A stretch of DNA of 64,000 nucleotides from Desulfobulbus sp. Lineage in GTDB: Bacteria; Desulfobacterota; Desulfobulbia; Desulfobulbales; Desulfobulbaceae. Made by a program: the position numbers and the translations under genes. The stretch is from positions 240,320 to 304,319 of the forward strand of contig JAXGZR010000004.1 in NCBI GenBank assembly GCA_040776885.1. Reading direction: 5' to 3'. The notes under the pieces were generated by a model, which saw only the letters and a list, made by a program, of their open reading frames with translations, was not told the origin of the DNA and did no database searches. Of this stretch, positions 1 to 12,027 are shown in pieces (position 1 is the first letter of the stretch; the number at the start of each line of letters is the position of its first letter).

Positions 1-84
1 GCTGAGGTGGAAAAATGGTTCCATCGTCATGGCAGCTAAACAATACGCAATGTTTGATTTGCGATGCCTAAACCAGGTTGTTGC

Positions 85-243
85 ATGCAGAAGAGAAGAA
101 GATCGCCGGTGCATATTCGTGTGCCAGTGGCACAGAAACCGGGTCAGGTGTTTCGTGGCCTCAAAGGCAGGGGCAGTTATCAGCGCCAGCGACTGAAAAA
201 GCAATTACGACGAGAAGTACAAGAAGGGCGGGGAGATGAGTAG
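85..243 (+). CDS. Small basic protein, ArfA-like (alternative ribosome-rescue factor) candidate, 52 aa
   Basis: Hand translation MQKRRRSPVHIRVPVAQKPGQVFRGLKGRGSYQRQRLKKQLRREVQEGRGDE*. KGRGSYQR resembles the ArfA core KGKGSYxR. Below the ORF-track cutoff; weak RBS. Confidence 0.5.
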   Translation: MQKRRRSPVHIRVPVAQKPGQVFRGLKGRGSYQRQRLKKQLRREVQEGRGDE

Positions 244-385
244 GGGCTACAGTTTGGGGGCCGGAGCAGCGTGCTGTGGTGTCTTTCTTTTACCATTTTT
301 CCGGTTTTACTTGTGGGAGCGCGTCTGTTTTTTTATTGTCCATTAGTGTAGAGATTTTTTTGAATAGACAACAAGGTAGGTGATA

Positions 386-664
386 ATGCTTGGCGAGGGA
401 GTGAAGTTGATGGTGCTTGGCATGGGGGTTGTTTTTGTTTTTTTAACCCTTTTGGTCGTAGTTATACAGATTAATGCCAGATTGCTCCGCGGTGTAACCG
501 CGCGGGAAATGGGGGAGCCTTTAAATTTACGTGCGAATCCACGTACGGAAAAAAGGAAGCAGATGGCACCGTCCAAGGAGAAGGAGGGACAGGCAGAAGA
601 GAAGCGGCGTCTGGTGGCAGTTATTGCCGCTGCCGTGGCAACGCACCGGGCAAAACAACAATGA
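386..664 (+). CDS. Na+-translocating decarboxylase small membrane subunit (OadG/MmdD/GcdD family)
   Basis: N-terminal TM GMGVVFVFLTLLV, charged linker, C-terminal VAVIAAAVA. Sits before the biotin carrier and beta subunit. ATG386 chosen by RBS. Confidence 0.85.
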   Translation: MLGEGVKLMVLGMGVVFVFLTLLVVVIQINARLLRGVTAREMGEPLNLRANPRTEKRKQMAPSKEKEGQAEEKRRLVAVIAAAVATHRAKQQ

Positions 665-741
665 AATGATGGTGTGTTGGTCGCTTGGGGTAACTGTTTT
701 CATTTAGAGCAACCGATGTGCATTCAGAAAGGAGAGGCGTT

Positions 742-1137
742 ATGGGCAAGGTTTCACGATACAAGATCCAGGTGGACGGGATTACCTATCGAGTGAGCGT
801 GGAGGATGAAAGCGGTGAGGTGAGCGAAGTGAGTAGGGAGGTCTCGGCGCAGGAGGTAGAAGAGGCACAGGAACTACAGGAGGCCGAAGCGTCTGCACCT
901 GCTGCTTCTGTATCTGGGCGTGAGCGTATCGCTGTAACCTCCCTTCTTCCTGGCAATGTCTGTGATGTGCTCTGCAAGGTTGGGGATGAGGTCAAGGTGG
1001 GCGACACCCTGTTGATGCTGGAGGCCATGAAAATGCAGTCGCCGGTGTATGCACCGGACGACGGTGTGGTCGATGCGGTGGAGATAAAAACAGGAGATGT
1101 TGTCCGTTCCGGACAGGCGCTGGTCTACCTAGCCTGA
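742..1137 (+). CDS. Biotin carboxyl carrier protein of the decarboxylase (MmdC/GcdC-like)
   Basis: EAMKM biotinylation motif, [16 protein letters not shown]-terminus, Ala/Glu linker; GGAGA RBS before ATG742. Confidence 0.9.
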   Translation: MGKVSRYKIQVDGITYRVSVEDESGEVSEVSREVSAQEVEEAQELQEAEASAPAASVSGRERIAVTSLLPGNVCDVLCKVGDEVKVGDTLLMLEAMKMQSPVYAPDDGVVDAVEIKTGDVVRSGQALVYLA

Positions 1138-1172
1138 GCACTTTAACGTATAACGGGGACATGGGGGACGCA

Positions 1173-2459
1173 ATGAAATATGCTGTTTCTATGCGGGCAG
1201 TTTTGCTCTTGGTGGCAAGCCTGCTGTGCGCTGATTTGGCCATGGCCGCCGTTTCTCCGGATGGGCAGGCTGCCATGCCGCCCATGCTGGATATGCTGCG
1301 CAGTTTTTTTACCTCGACCGGCTTGATGGGGTTTCTTTTTCCTGCAGACGGTGGCTGGGCAAACGGTATCGGCCGTATACTCATGATCGGGGTTGGCCTT
1401 GTGTTGCTGTATCTGGCCATTGCCCGTGAGTTTGAACCCCTTTTGCTCTTACCCATTGGTTTTGGCACCATATTAACCAACATTCCCATGGCCGGCATGA
1501 ATGATCCCGGCGGTATGCTGCACCATATCTACGTAGTGGGGATCCAATCCGGTGCTTTTCCGCTGATCATCTTTATGGGCATTGGCGCATTGACCGATTT
1601 CGGGCCCATGTTGGCCAATCCCAAAACCGCCTTTCTCGGGGCTGCGGCCCAGTTTGGTATCTTTTCCACCCTGATTGGTGCACTGCTGCTCACCGATTTC
1701 GTCCCGGGTATCAGTTTTAATCTGCTGGAGGCCGCATCCATCGGTATTATTGGCGGGGCAGACGGGCCCACCGCCATTTTTCTGTCCAGCCAACTCGCAC
1801 CGCACCTTTTGGGCTCCATTGCCGTGGCTGCCTATTCGTACATGGCGCTGGTGCCCATCATTCAGCCGCCGATTATGCGCGCCCTGACCACCGAATCTGA
1901 ACGCCGCATCCGCATGGAACAGATGCGGCCAGTGGGTAAGGTGGAGAAGATTGTTTTCCCCTTGGTGGTGCTGGGACTCTGTGCCCTGCTCATACCTACG
2001 GCAGCACCATTGATCGGTTTTTTCATGTTTGGCAATCTCATGCGTGAATGTGGGGTGGTTAACCGTCTCAACGACACTGCCCAGAATGCTCTGCTCAACG
2101 CAGTGACTATTTTTCTCGGGCTTGGCGTGGGGGCACAGATGTCAGCCAGCCAATTTTTATCTGCCTCGACCCTTGGCATCCTTGTTCTGGGGGTTATTGC
2201 CTTCAGTATCGGCACTGCCTCTGGGGTGCTCATGGCCAAGTTGATGAACCTCTTCCCCGGGTCCAAGATCAACCCGCTCATTGGTTCGGCCGGGGTTTCG
2301 GCAGTGCCCATGGCCGCGCGGGTCAGCCACAAGCTGGGAATGGAGGCCGATCCCACCAATATGCTGATCATGCATGCCATGGGCCCAAATGTTGCGGGAG
2401 TTATCGGCTCGGCAGTGGCAGCCGGTGTGCTGCTCACCCTAAAGGGCCTTGCCGGTTAG
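1173..2459 (+). CDS. Na+-translocating decarboxylase beta subunit (OadB/MmdB/GcdB family)
   Basis: [27 protein letters not shown] and [18 protein letters not shown] motifs; multi-TM. Start may be 1161. Confidence 0.95.
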   Translation: MKYAVSMRAVLLLVASLLCADLAMAAVSPDGQAAMPPMLDMLRSFFTSTGLMGFLFPADGGWANGIGRILMIGVGLVLLYLAIAREFEPLLLLPIGFGTILTNIPMAGMNDPGGMLHHIYVVGIQSGAFPLIIFMGIGALTDFGPMLANPKTAFLGAAAQFGIFSTLIGALLLTDFVPGISFNLLEAASIGIIGGADGPTAIFLSSQLAPHLLGSIAVAAYSYMALVPIIQPPIMRALTTESERRIRMEQMRPVGKVEKIVFPLVVLGLCALLIPTAAPLIGFFMFGNLMRECGVVNRLNDTAQNALLNAVTIFLGLGVGAQMSASQFLSASTLGILVLGVIAFSIGTASGVLMAKLMNLFPGSKINPLIGSAGVSAVPMAARVSHKLGMEADPTNMLIMHAMGPNVAGVIGSAVAAGVLLTLKGLAG

Positions 2460-2540
2460 GAGAAGGTGCACTGACCGGCCCTTCCACAGAAAGCAGGACA
2501 ATGATGCGAAACAGGGGAGAACACAGGTATGGGAGGAGAC

Positions 2541-2885
2541 ATGGTGGCGGCAAAGGGAGATGACGAAAAATACTGCCGGGAATGTGGGACGCTCATTAAG
2601 GCAAAGGCGGAGATTTGTCCCAAGTGCGGGGTGCGGCAGCATCCACTGCCCGGCATGTTTTCCGGCACAGCACCCAATGGCAAGAACAAGCTGGCAGCTG
2701 CGCTCTTTGCCATTTTCCTGGGCGGCTTTGGTATCCACAAGTTCTACCTGGGTCGTATCGGCTGGGGCTTGGTTTACCTCTGCCTGTGCTGGACCTTTAT
2801 TCCCTCTCTTTTGGGATTTATCGAAGGCATCATCTATCTGACCATGAGCGATGAGTCTTTTGTTCGTAAATACGGTCAGCTGTAG
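2541..2885 (+). CDS. Zinc-ribbon + TM2 domain membrane protein
   Basis: CRECG...CPKCG ribbon; KNKLAAALFAIFLGGFGIHKFYLG TM2 signature; GGAGGAG RBS. Confidence 0.85.
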   Translation: MVAAKGDDEKYCRECGTLIKAKAEICPKCGVRQHPLPGMFSGTAPNGKNKLAAALFAIFLGGFGIHKFYLGRIGWGLVYLCLCWTFIPSLLGFIEGIIYLTMSDESFVRKYGQL

Positions 2886-2911
2886 AAAGAGACATGAAGG
2901 GTGGCGGAGCT

Positions 2912-4228
2912 ATGGATGGCATGGTGCGGATAGATAGATTGGACTCTGCCGAGGGTGGCGCGGCGGCACAGCGCCTCTGCAGTCGCTTGAGTGACGAGGC
3001 AGCCGACTGCCAGGGCACGGTGCGTGATATCCTGGCGCAGGTGCGCCAGGAGGGCGATGCGGCACTGTTGGACTACTGCCGCCGTTTTGACGCGCCCAGC
3101 ATGGAGCTGGGAGACTTACAGGTGAGTACGGCGGAATTTGCCGAGGCAGAAGGCCAGGTCGACAGCGGTCTGCGGGCAAGTATTACCTTTGCTGCCGAGC
3201 GTATCCGCAGCTTTCACGAGCGGGAACTACCCGATTCCTGGATGCTCACCCGGGAGGAGGGGATTATCACCGGACGACTGGTGCGGCCAGTGGATGCGGC
3301 GGGCCTTTACGTGCCTGGTGGTCAGGAGGGTTCGACTCCACTGGTTTCCTCGGTACTGATGAACGGTATCCCTGCAGGTATAGCCGGGGTGCGGCGGCGG
3401 GTGATGGTGACTCCGCCCAACCGGGAAGGCAAGGTGCATCCCGCCCTGCTGGTGGCGGCCCGCACCATTGGCATCAACGAGGTCTACAAGCTGGGCTCGG
3501 CCTGGGCCATTGCCGCCCTGGCCTTTGGCACAAAACGCATTGCACCGGTGGAGGTGATTGCCGGGCCAGGCAATCAGTATGTGGCAGAGGCCAAGCGCCA
3601 GGTCATGGGCCGGGTACGCATCGATATGCTGGCCGGGCCAAGCGAGGTGCTGATCGTGGCTGACCAGTCTGCCAACCCTGTCTTGATCGCTGCTGATATG
3701 CTGGCCCAGGCCGAACACGATCCGCAGGCCCTGGCCCTGGCCATTGTGTGCAGTGCGGCGCAGGCAGAGGCGGTGCAGCAGGAGTTGGCCCGTCAGTTAC
3801 CCAGCTTGGGCCGGGCGGGCATAGCCCGTAAATCCTTGGAGGAGTACGGGCATATCTTTATTGCAGAGACTGTTGAGGCAGCCATTGCGCTGGCCAACGA
3901 GATTGCCATTGAACACCTGGAACTGCATCTCGCTGATCCCTGGCACTGGCTGCCCGCCATTCGCCACGCAGGCGCGGTTTTCCTCGGTCATTACAGCCCC
4001 GAGGCTGCCGGCGACTATGTGGCTGGACCCAACCACGTGCTACCCACCATGGGCACAGCCAAGATGGCCTCGGCCCTGGGAGTGGAGACCTTTCTCAAAC
4101 AGATTTCCCTTATCCACTACACTCCTGAGGCGCTTCAAGGCGATGCTGGACATATCCGTTTGCTGGCAGAACTCGAAGGACTGGATGCCCATGCCAGATC
4201 GGTGTTGTTGCGTCTGAATGAAGGTTGA
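2912..4228 (+). CDS. hisD: Histidinol dehydrogenase
   Basis: GLYVPGG, GPGNQYV, IDMLAGPSE, AQAEHD, EHLEL, GDYVAGPNHVLPT. Start 2894 or 2912. Confidence 0.95.
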   Translation: MDGMVRIDRLDSAEGGAAAQRLCSRLSDEAADCQGTVRDILAQVRQEGDAALLDYCRRFDAPSMELGDLQVSTAEFAEAEGQVDSGLRASITFAAERIRSFHERELPDSWMLTREEGIITGRLVRPVDAAGLYVPGGQEGSTPLVSSVLMNGIPAGIAGVRRRVMVTPPNREGKVHPALLVAARTIGINEVYKLGSAWAIAALAFGTKRIAPVEVIAGPGNQYVAEAKRQVMGRVRIDMLAGPSEVLIVADQSANPVLIAADMLAQAEHDPQALALAIVCSAAQAEAVQQELARQLPSLGRAGIARKSLEEYGHIFIAETVEAAIALANEIAIEHLELHLADPWHWLPAIRHAGAVFLGHYSPEAAGDYVAGPNHVLPTMGTAKMASALGVETFLKQISLIHYTPEALQGDAGHIRLLAELEGLDAHARSVLLRLNEG

Positions 4229-4916
4229 GAGCCTGCTGGCAGATGGTGCGGCAGCCCTCGCCTTTCCACTGAGCAGTGATCAGCTCGAACGGCTTGTCCA
4301 CTACCATGCCGAACTGAGCAGGTGGATGCGCCGTATCAACCTGGTGGCCCGGGAAACCAGTGCTGAACAGCTCGTTGAGTTGCATTTCCTTGATTCCTTG
4401 ACCATGGCTCCGCTGGTGCTGGGGCACCCAGCCCAGTGTCTTCTGGATATCGGCAGTGGTGCAGGCTTTCCAGGTTTGGTGCTGGCCGCCCTTTTTCCCA
4501 CGGTTCCCGTTACCTTGCTGGAACCGCGCCAGAAACGGGCAACCTTTTTGCGTCATGTGGTGCGCCTGCTGGCCCTGGACCAGGTACAGGTTGTCGAGGA
4601 GCGGGCTGAGCAATTCAGTGGGAAAGAAAGTCGCATCTACAGCCATATCACCGGTCGGGCCGTGGCTGACCCGGCAACGTTTCTGTACCTGGCCGAGCCC
4701 TTGGCTGCCCCGGATACCGAGGTGGTACTCTTCCTTGCCCGCCAGCAAAGTCTGGCTGCCCTGCCGCAGGAACTGCAGCTACGCTGGTGCTTGCATGCCC
4801 AACAAGAGGTGGAGCTGCCCTTTTCCCGTGCGCCCCGTTTTTTGGCCAGTATGCGCCGGATAGGCAGCGTATCTGCTGTAACACCCCACTCCGGGTTTCC
4901 TCCCAACGGCTCTTAA
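4218..4916 (+). CDS. rsmG: 16S rRNA m7G527 methyltransferase
   Basis: INLVA, HFLDSL, LDIGSGAGFPG, LLEPRQKRATFL; overlaps the hisD end by 11 bp. Confidence 0.9.
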   Translation: MKVESLLADGAAALAFPLSSDQLERLVHYHAELSRWMRRINLVARETSAEQLVELHFLDSLTMAPLVLGHPAQCLLDIGSGAGFPGLVLAALFPTVPVTLLEPRQKRATFLRHVVRLLALDQVQVVEERAEQFSGKESRIYSHITGRAVADPATFLYLAEPLAAPDTEVVLFLARQQSLAALPQELQLRWCLHAQQEVELPFSRAPRFLASMRRIGSVSAVTPHSGFPPNGS

Positions 4917-5003
4917 CGGGCCAATCACCAATCTACCCCTGTGCCCAACTGGTTGCAGGTATTTACCTGAATCAAGACTTGTCATTCTGAACCTTGAAAT
5001 ACA

Positions 5004-6285
<1,282 letters not shown>

Positions 6286-6304
6286 CATGGCTTGACAGGT
6301 TTTC

Positions 6305-7261
6305 ATGCACTACTGCGGGCGCAAACAACCCATCATCATTGCCAATCGCGCCAGCCGGGAGATGGCAGCCCAGGTGGCTCCGCTCTTGGGCCTGGAACTG
6401 ACCGAGATGGATATCCGCGAGTTTGCCGACGGGGAAATCTACCATGCCTTCCCCTGCAGCCTGAGCGGACATGACTTGATTCTGATCGCTGCAACGCCGG
6501 ATGACAGCAGCTTCCAGGAGTTGTTGGATTTGATCGCCGGCGCCCGTTACTGGAACGCGCTCAGCGTCAATGTGGTCATTCCCTATCTGGGCTATTCCAC
6601 CATGGAACGGGCCAAACCGGAATCCGGCGAGATTCCCAAGGGGATTACCCGTGCCCGGCAACTTTTCCGCGCGCGACCGGATTATGTGGCCTTCATCGAC
6701 CTGCACGATGAGGCGGTCATGCATACGCATTCCGGCGAGGTGCGTATTCGTCATTTGTGGACGGAGCGTCTGGCAGCAGAAGAGATCCGCAAGTTGCACT
6801 GCGGAACGAGCGGAATAAACGAAAGCATGGTGCTGGTTTCGCCGGATTATGGCTTTTCCAAGCGGGTGGGTAGACTGGCCAGCCTGCTTGACTGCCCGCA
6901 CACTGCAGCCAACAAGGATCGCTACGGCCAGGATAAAACCATTGTTGGCCAGCTGTCCAGTGTGCTGCAGGGTCGCACTGCCATCATTTGCGATGATATG
7001 ATCCGCACCGGCGGCTCCATGCTGCAGACAGTGGACCGCTGCCTTGAAGCTGGTGCCGTAGAGGTGCTGGTGATGGCTACACATCTGGTGCTGGCCGGCG
7101 AGGCCAGGCAGGCCTTTATCGCCAAGGGCATCCGGCGAATTCTTGGTGCCAATACCTATCCGGGCAGGAAGAGCGACGATTTGCTCCAGGTGTTTTCCGT
7201 GGCACCACTGATTGCCGGGGAACTGAAAAATTATCTTGGTCTTGAGCCGAATATGGCTTGA
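6305..7261 (+). CDS. Divergent ribose-phosphate pyrophosphokinase (Prs-like)
   Basis: FADGE, PYLGYSTMER, DLHD, VSPDYG, IICDDMIRTGGSM (PRPP-binding loop), ATHLVL. Confidence 0.85.
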   Translation: MHYCGRKQPIIIANRASREMAAQVAPLLGLELTEMDIREFADGEIYHAFPCSLSGHDLILIAATPDDSSFQELLDLIAGARYWNALSVNVVIPYLGYSTMERAKPESGEIPKGITRARQLFRARPDYVAFIDLHDEAVMHTHSGEVRIRHLWTERLAAEEIRKLHCGTSGINESMVLVSPDYGFSKRVGRLASLLDCPHTAANKDRYGQDKTIVGQLSSVLQGRTAIICDDMIRTGGSMLQTVDRCLEAGAVEVLVMATHLVLAGEARQAFIAKGIRRILGANTYPGRKSDDLLQVFSVAPLIAGELKNYLGLEPNMA

Positions 7262-7297
7262 ACCAGTAGATACGGTAGAAACAAACAGGGAGAAGAT

Positions 7298-8425
7298 ATG
7301 CGTAAGGTGGCGATTGTTGGCTGGCGCGGCATGGTGGGTTCAGTGCTGATGGAGCGGCTGCGGCAGGAAGATGATTTTAAGGGCTTTGAAGCCTCTTTTT
7401 TTTCCACCTCGCAGGTGGGCCAGGCCGGGCCGGAGATCAATGGCAGGGTGTATGAGCTCAAAGATGGCAAGGATGCCAAGTTGCTGGCTGAAGCAGACAT
7501 CATTGTCACCTGCCAGGGTGGCGACTACACGGCAGAGATGCATCCGCAGTTGCGGCGTCTGGGTTGGCAGGGGTACTGGATCGACGCAGCCTCTACCCTG
7601 CGCATGCATGAAGATGCACTGATCGTGCTCGACCCGGTCAACCGGCAGCTGATCGACGCGGCCCTTGCAGGCGGGGTAAAGGACTTCATCGGCGGCAACT
7701 GCACAGTGTCGCTCATGCTCATGGCCCTGGGCGGCCTCTTACAAAAGGGCTGGGTGGAGTGGATCAGCAGCCAGACCTACCAGGCCGCATCCGGTGCAGG
7801 CGCAAAAAACATGCGAGAGCTAGTGGCGCAGATGGGGGTTATTGCCGGGGCCTCGGCCGATGTCCTGACCAATCCGGCTGCAAATATCCTTGAGTTGGAT
7901 ACAAAGGTCATCAGCACCATGCGGGAAGATGCTTTTCCTGTCACAAACTTCGGCGCGCCGCTGGCCGGTAGCCTCATCCCCTGGATCGACCGCGCCATGG
8001 AAAACGGCCAGACCCGCGAGGAGTGGAAGGGCGCTACCGAGGCCAACAAGATTTTGGGGAACAGCCCGGAGATGGGCAACTATGTTCCGGTGGACGGTTG
8101 CTGCGTACGTGTTGGTGCCATGCGCTGCCACAGTCAGGCCTTTACCATCAAACTGAACCGTGATGTGCCACTCCATGAAATAGAGACAGCCATTGCTGGG
8201 CACAACGACTGGGTCTATTTGGTGGAGAACAGTAAAGAGGCCACCCTGCGTGAGCTGACGCCTGCACGGGTCACCGGCACCCTGGACATTCCCGTGGGCC
8301 GGGTGCGCAAGATGCTCCTGGGGCCGGAGTATGTCAGTGCCTTTACCGTGGGCGATCAGTTGCTCTGGGGTGCAGCGGAACCGGTACGGCGCATGCTCGG
8401 TATTGCCCTTGCGTATATGGGCTGA
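7298..8425 (+). CDS. asd: Aspartate-semialdehyde dehydrogenase
   Basis: [53 protein letters not shown]. Confidence 0.97.
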   Translation: MRKVAIVGWRGMVGSVLMERLRQEDDFKGFEASFFSTSQVGQAGPEINGRVYELKDGKDAKLLAEADIIVTCQGGDYTAEMHPQLRRLGWQGYWIDAASTLRMHEDALIVLDPVNRQLIDAALAGGVKDFIGGNCTVSLMLMALGGLLQKGWVEWISSQTYQAASGAGAKNMRELVAQMGVIAGASADVLTNPAANILELDTKVISTMREDAFPVTNFGAPLAGSLIPWIDRAMENGQTREEWKGATEANKILGNSPEMGNYVPVDGCCVRVGAMRCHSQAFTIKLNRDVPLHEIETAIAGHNDWVYLVENSKEATLRELTPARVTGTLDIPVGRVRKMLLGPEYVSAFTVGDQLLWGAAEPVRRMLGIALAYMG

Positions 8426-8454
8426 GCCTGCATAGGTAGGGATGCCAGGCAGCT

Positions 8455-10035
8455 CTACAGCAGCCACTTGATGGGCAAAAGCGAGAAAAAATCCACCCCC
8501 AAACGCTGCCACCAGCTGGTGTAGGGTTCTTTGTCGTGGCGAATCAGCCCGCCGTCTTCACGGCGCTCCAGCCAGTACAGGGAACCCTCTGGTGAAAGAT
8601 GTACCTCGTAGGCAGAGTACGGAATGGTGAGCAGAAAGGTCTCCTCCACCAGTGAGGCCATTTCTTCACTGTGTATGATAAAGCCGCATTCGGTGTTGAG
8701 ACGGATGGAGCGGGGGTCGTAGTTAAAGGAGCCCACAAAAAGGAATTTGCCATCAATGGCAAAGGTTTTGGCATGCAGGCTTGAGGAAGAGCTTTGTCCA
8801 AGGCCTTTGCGGTGGACCATGAAATGCTTTGGCATCTGGTGGCGCCACTCGTAGAGGCTGATGCCCGCCTTGAGCAGGGGTTTGCGGCTGCCGACATAGC
8901 CGGAATGCACCAGAGGCACATCTGTTGCCATCAAGGAGTTGGTGAGGATGTGGACTTTTGTCCCTTGGCCGGCCAGCTTGGTCAGCCGGGTAATATCTTT
9001 TTTCCTGGGCACAAAATACGGGGTGACCATCTCCATGCTTTTTTCCGGCATACCGGCGAGATAGAAGAGTTTTGCCGGCAGCATGTCTTCTGATTTGGCC
9101 TTGCCCAATCCCTTGGCCGGCGGATCGCTGATCATCCGTACCGGTGCCCAGTGCCATTCCAGGGTATTGTCCAGCAGGCGCCGCACAGCCCCAGACCCTT
9201 TCAGTGCCTGGATGTACATGCCGGCTGCTGGATTACTTTCATAGCCCAGGGCCTGCACATGCAGGTTTTCAATGTCTTCTTCCCGGGCCGCAGGTAAAAT
9301 CAGTTCTGCCGGATAGGCCGACCGGCTGGCCCAGTAGCGATCAAAATCCCTGGAACTTTCCCGCACCACCGGGCCAATCCCCAGCAGGTCGGCGTCGATA
9401 AAGGCGGTTTGCACCGGTACATCAAAATACTCGTCGCCAATGTTGCGGCCGCCGACAATGGCGGCCTGGTTGTCCACCACGTAGAGTTTGTTGTGCATGC
9501 GCCGATTCAGACGCGGAAAATCGGTAAGAAAACCGAACCAACGTGCATTTCTATGCAAAAACGGGTTGAACAGCCGGATTTCGATGTTTGGGTGGGCGTT
9601 GAGTGCGGCGAGCAGGCGGTCGATGCCCTGGGTACCATTGTCGTCCAGCAGGAGGCGCACCCGCACGCCGCGTTCCGCTGCCTTGTACAGCGCCTCGAAC
9701 AGCAGGGTACCGGAGATATCCCCATGCCAGATATAGTACTGTGCATCAATGGAGCGCTCAGCTGCCTGGGCAAGGAGTATCCTGGCGGCCAGGGCTTCGT
9801 ACGGATCGAAGAGTAGCTGTATGCCGGAGATGTTTTCCTCTTGCCCGGCCAGTTTCGGGGCAATGGCACGGCCGAGTGGCGTCTTGTCGGTATCGATGTA
9901 GGCGCTGGAAACACTGCGCCCCTTTAAGGATGGCAGAGAGCAGGCAGAAGTGAACATGAGGGGAGCGGCAATGCAGATCTGGGCGATGCAGCTGATGAGG
10001 CGTTTCCAGACGCCGGTGCGAAGTGCAGTGGTCAT
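8455..10035 (-). CDS. Phospholipase D family protein, ClsC/YmdC-like cardiolipin synthase
   Basis: Two HKD motifs (HNKLYVVD, HAKTFAID), GGRNIGDEYF, GSFNYDPRS; lipobox-like FTSAC. Confidence 0.88.
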   Translation of the reverse strand: MTTALRTGVWKRLISCIAQICIAAPLMFTSACSLPSLKGRSVSSAYIDTDKTPLGRAIAPKLAGQEENISGIQLLFDPYEALAARILLAQAAERSIDAQYYIWHGDISGTLLFEALYKAAERGVRVRLLLDDNGTQGIDRLLAALNAHPNIEIRLFNPFLHRNARWFGFLTDFPRLNRRMHNKLYVVDNQAAIVGGRNIGDEYFDVPVQTAFIDADLLGIGPVVRESSRDFDRYWASRSAYPAELILPAAREEDIENLHVQALGYESNPAAGMYIQALKGSGAVRRLLDNTLEWHWAPVRMISDPPAKGLGKAKSEDMLPAKLFYLAGMPEKSMEMVTPYFVPRKKDITRLTKLAGQGTKVHILTNSLMATDVPLVHSGYVGSRKPLLKAGISLYEWRHQMPKHFMVHRKGLGQSSSSSLHAKTFAIDGKFLFVGSFNYDPRSIRLNTECGFIIHSEEMASLVEETFLLTIPYSAYEVHLSPEGSLYWLERREDGGLIRHDKEPYTSWWQRLGVDFFSLLPIKWLL

Positions 10036-10101
10036 GATGCTCTTATACCAAGGGTCTGCCTTCCCCGCTTAAGGTTATTAGCCGCTGGGATGTGGATGCT
10101 G

Positions 10102-10797
10102 TTATGGATTGTGCTGCACTGGCCTCAGAACACCGCCCACCAGGGTTAGGCAGCGGTCCATGGCTGCAGCCAGTTCCAGATTATGGGTAACCATTACCAC
10201 GGCCAGACCCTGGCTGTGGCTCAACTCTTTGAGCAGGGAAAAGACGCGCTGACCACTGTCTGCATCCAGGTTGCCAGTGGGTTCATCTGCCAAAAGCAGG
10301 GCTGGTTCCATGACCAGGGCACGGGCCAGGGCCACGCGCTGCTGCTCACCACCGGAGAGTTCGCCACTGCGATGGTGCAGGCGTTCACCCAACCCGACCT
10401 GCTCAAGCAGGGTGCAGGCGCGTCGTTCAAGTTTCGGGCCAAGGATACCTGCGATGCGGCCCGGCATCATCACGTTTTCCAGGGCACTGAATTCTGGCAA
10501 AAGATGATGAAATTGGAAAATAAAACCAAGCTCGCTGTTGCGGTGCCTGGAGAGTTCGGTTTCAGAGAGCTCCAAAAGGTTCCTGCCCTTGAACATCAAC
10601 TGCCCGCTATCCGGTGCATCCAGGGTGCCGAGAATCTGCAGCAAGGTGGTTTTTCCCGATCCCGAGGCGCCGACAATGGCGCACATTTCGCGGCGCTGCA
10701 GGCTGAAGTCCAGCTCATCCAGGACGGTAATGAGATTGTCACCACTGAGGTAGCGTTTGCTCAGCGCCTGGGCGGAAAGGAGTACGTTGTCACTCAT
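10102..10797 (-). CDS. lolD: Lipoprotein-releasing ABC transporter ATPase
   Basis: [45 protein letters not shown]; follows lolE. Confidence 0.9.
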   Translation of the reverse strand: MSDNVLLSAQALSKRYLSGDNLITVLDELDFSLQRREMCAIVGASGSGKTTLLQILGTLDAPDSGQLMFKGRNLLELSETELSRHRNSELGFIFQFHHLLPEFSALENVMMPGRIAGILGPKLERRACTLLEQVGLGERLHHRSGELSGGEQQRVALARALVMEPALLLADEPTGNLDADSGQRVFSLLKELSHSQGLAVVMVTHNLELAAAMDRCLTLVGGVLRPVQHNP

Positions 10798-12019
10798 AGC
10801 TGAGCGCCTCGGCAGGACGAACCCGCGCAGCTTTCCAGGATGGATAGAGTGTGGCTGCCAGGGTGATGAGGAGGGCGGAGATCACGATGATGCTGACATC
10901 CGCGGGTACCACCTTGATCGGGATGGTGGACATGGGGTAGACATTGCTGGGCAGCTCAATGATTTTGTAGCGCTTGAGCAGGGAGCAAACAGCCAAACCG
11001 CTGCAGAGGCCAAGGATGGTGCCGACCACACCGATGACCAGACCCTGGTAGAAGAAGATGCGCATGATGGAGGAGGTTGTTGCCCCCATGGACTTGAGGA
11101 TGGCGATATCACGGGTTTTTTCCATCACTACCATGATGAGCGCGCTGATGATATTCAAGGCGGCCACAAGAATGATAAGATCCAGGGCGATGAAGAGGCC
11201 CAATTTTTCCAGCTTCAGGGCAGCGAACAGGTTTTGGTTGAGCTGCATCCAGTCGCGCACCGCATAGGAGGGACCCAGCCTCTCCCTGATGGCTGCAGCC
11301 ACACTATCGGCCGCTTCCACGTTGTGTACCCGCACCTCAATGGCGTGCACACTCTCCTGGTCAAGTCCGGCCAGACTGCGGGCCATATCCAGGCCCAGGT
11401 AGCCCATGTTGGAATCGAACTCGTTCATACCGGTGCTAAAGGTGCCCGAAACCATCCCTACCCGTACTCGGGGCAGTACCCCCATGGGAGAAAGTGGTCC
11501 GTCCGGGGCCAGCAGCTGTACCCGTTCGCCCGGAAACACTTGCAACTGCCGGGCCAGATCTTCGCCCAAAACAATGGCAGGTGGATTGGTGGTGACTTGC
11601 AGGCTGTCGAGGCTGCCGTTGGTCATTTTTTCGGCAATGGTGACCACCTTGGCAGCACTGTTTGGATCAATGCCCCGCAGTACCACGCCGCTGGAGCCTC
11701 CAGCAGCGGTGATCAGTGCCTGGGTATAGATCATCGGTGTTTGTGCCACCACCCCGGGCACAGTGGCGGTCTTGGCCATGACCGCATCTGCATCGTCGAT
11801 GGCACCGTTGTAGCTTTGGATGATGAGGTGCGAATTCACCCCGATGATTTGATCGCGCAGTCCCTCGGTAAAGCCGGTGAACACGGACAGCACCACAATC
11901 AGCGCCATAACCCCCACGGCCACGCCCAGAATGGAAATCAGGGTGATCAGTGAGATGAATTTCTGCTTGCGTTTGGCCCGCAGGTAACGCAGGCTGACAA
12001 ACCATTCAAAGGAGGCCAT
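10790..12019 (-). CDS. lolE: Lipoprotein-releasing ABC transporter permease (LolC/E)
   Basis: [62 protein letters not shown]. Confidence 0.9.
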   Translation of the reverse strand: MASFEWFVSLRYLRAKRKQKFISLITLISILGVAVGVMALIVVLSVFTGFTEGLRDQIIGVNSHLIIQSYNGAIDDADAVMAKTATVPGVVAQTPMIYTQALITAAGGSSGVVLRGIDPNSAAKVVTIAEKMTNGSLDSLQVTTNPPAIVLGEDLARQLQVFPGERVQLLAPDGPLSPMGVLPRVRVGMVSGTFSTGMNEFDSNMGYLGLDMARSLAGLDQESVHAIEVRVHNVEAADSVAAAIRERLGPSYAVRDWMQLNQNLFAALKLEKLGLFIALDLIILVAALNIISALIMVVMEKTRDIAILKSMGATTSSIMRIFFYQGLVIGVVGTILGLCSGLAVCSLLKRYKIIELPSNVYPMSTIPIKVVPADVSIIVISALLITLAATLYPSWKAARVRPAEALSYE

Positions 12020-12027
12020 GCTGAATC

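Noticed and set aside
1-39. Possible C-terminus of an upstream gene (AEVEKWFHRHGS*)
   Set aside because: Only 12 codons are visible; cannot be identified or confirmed.
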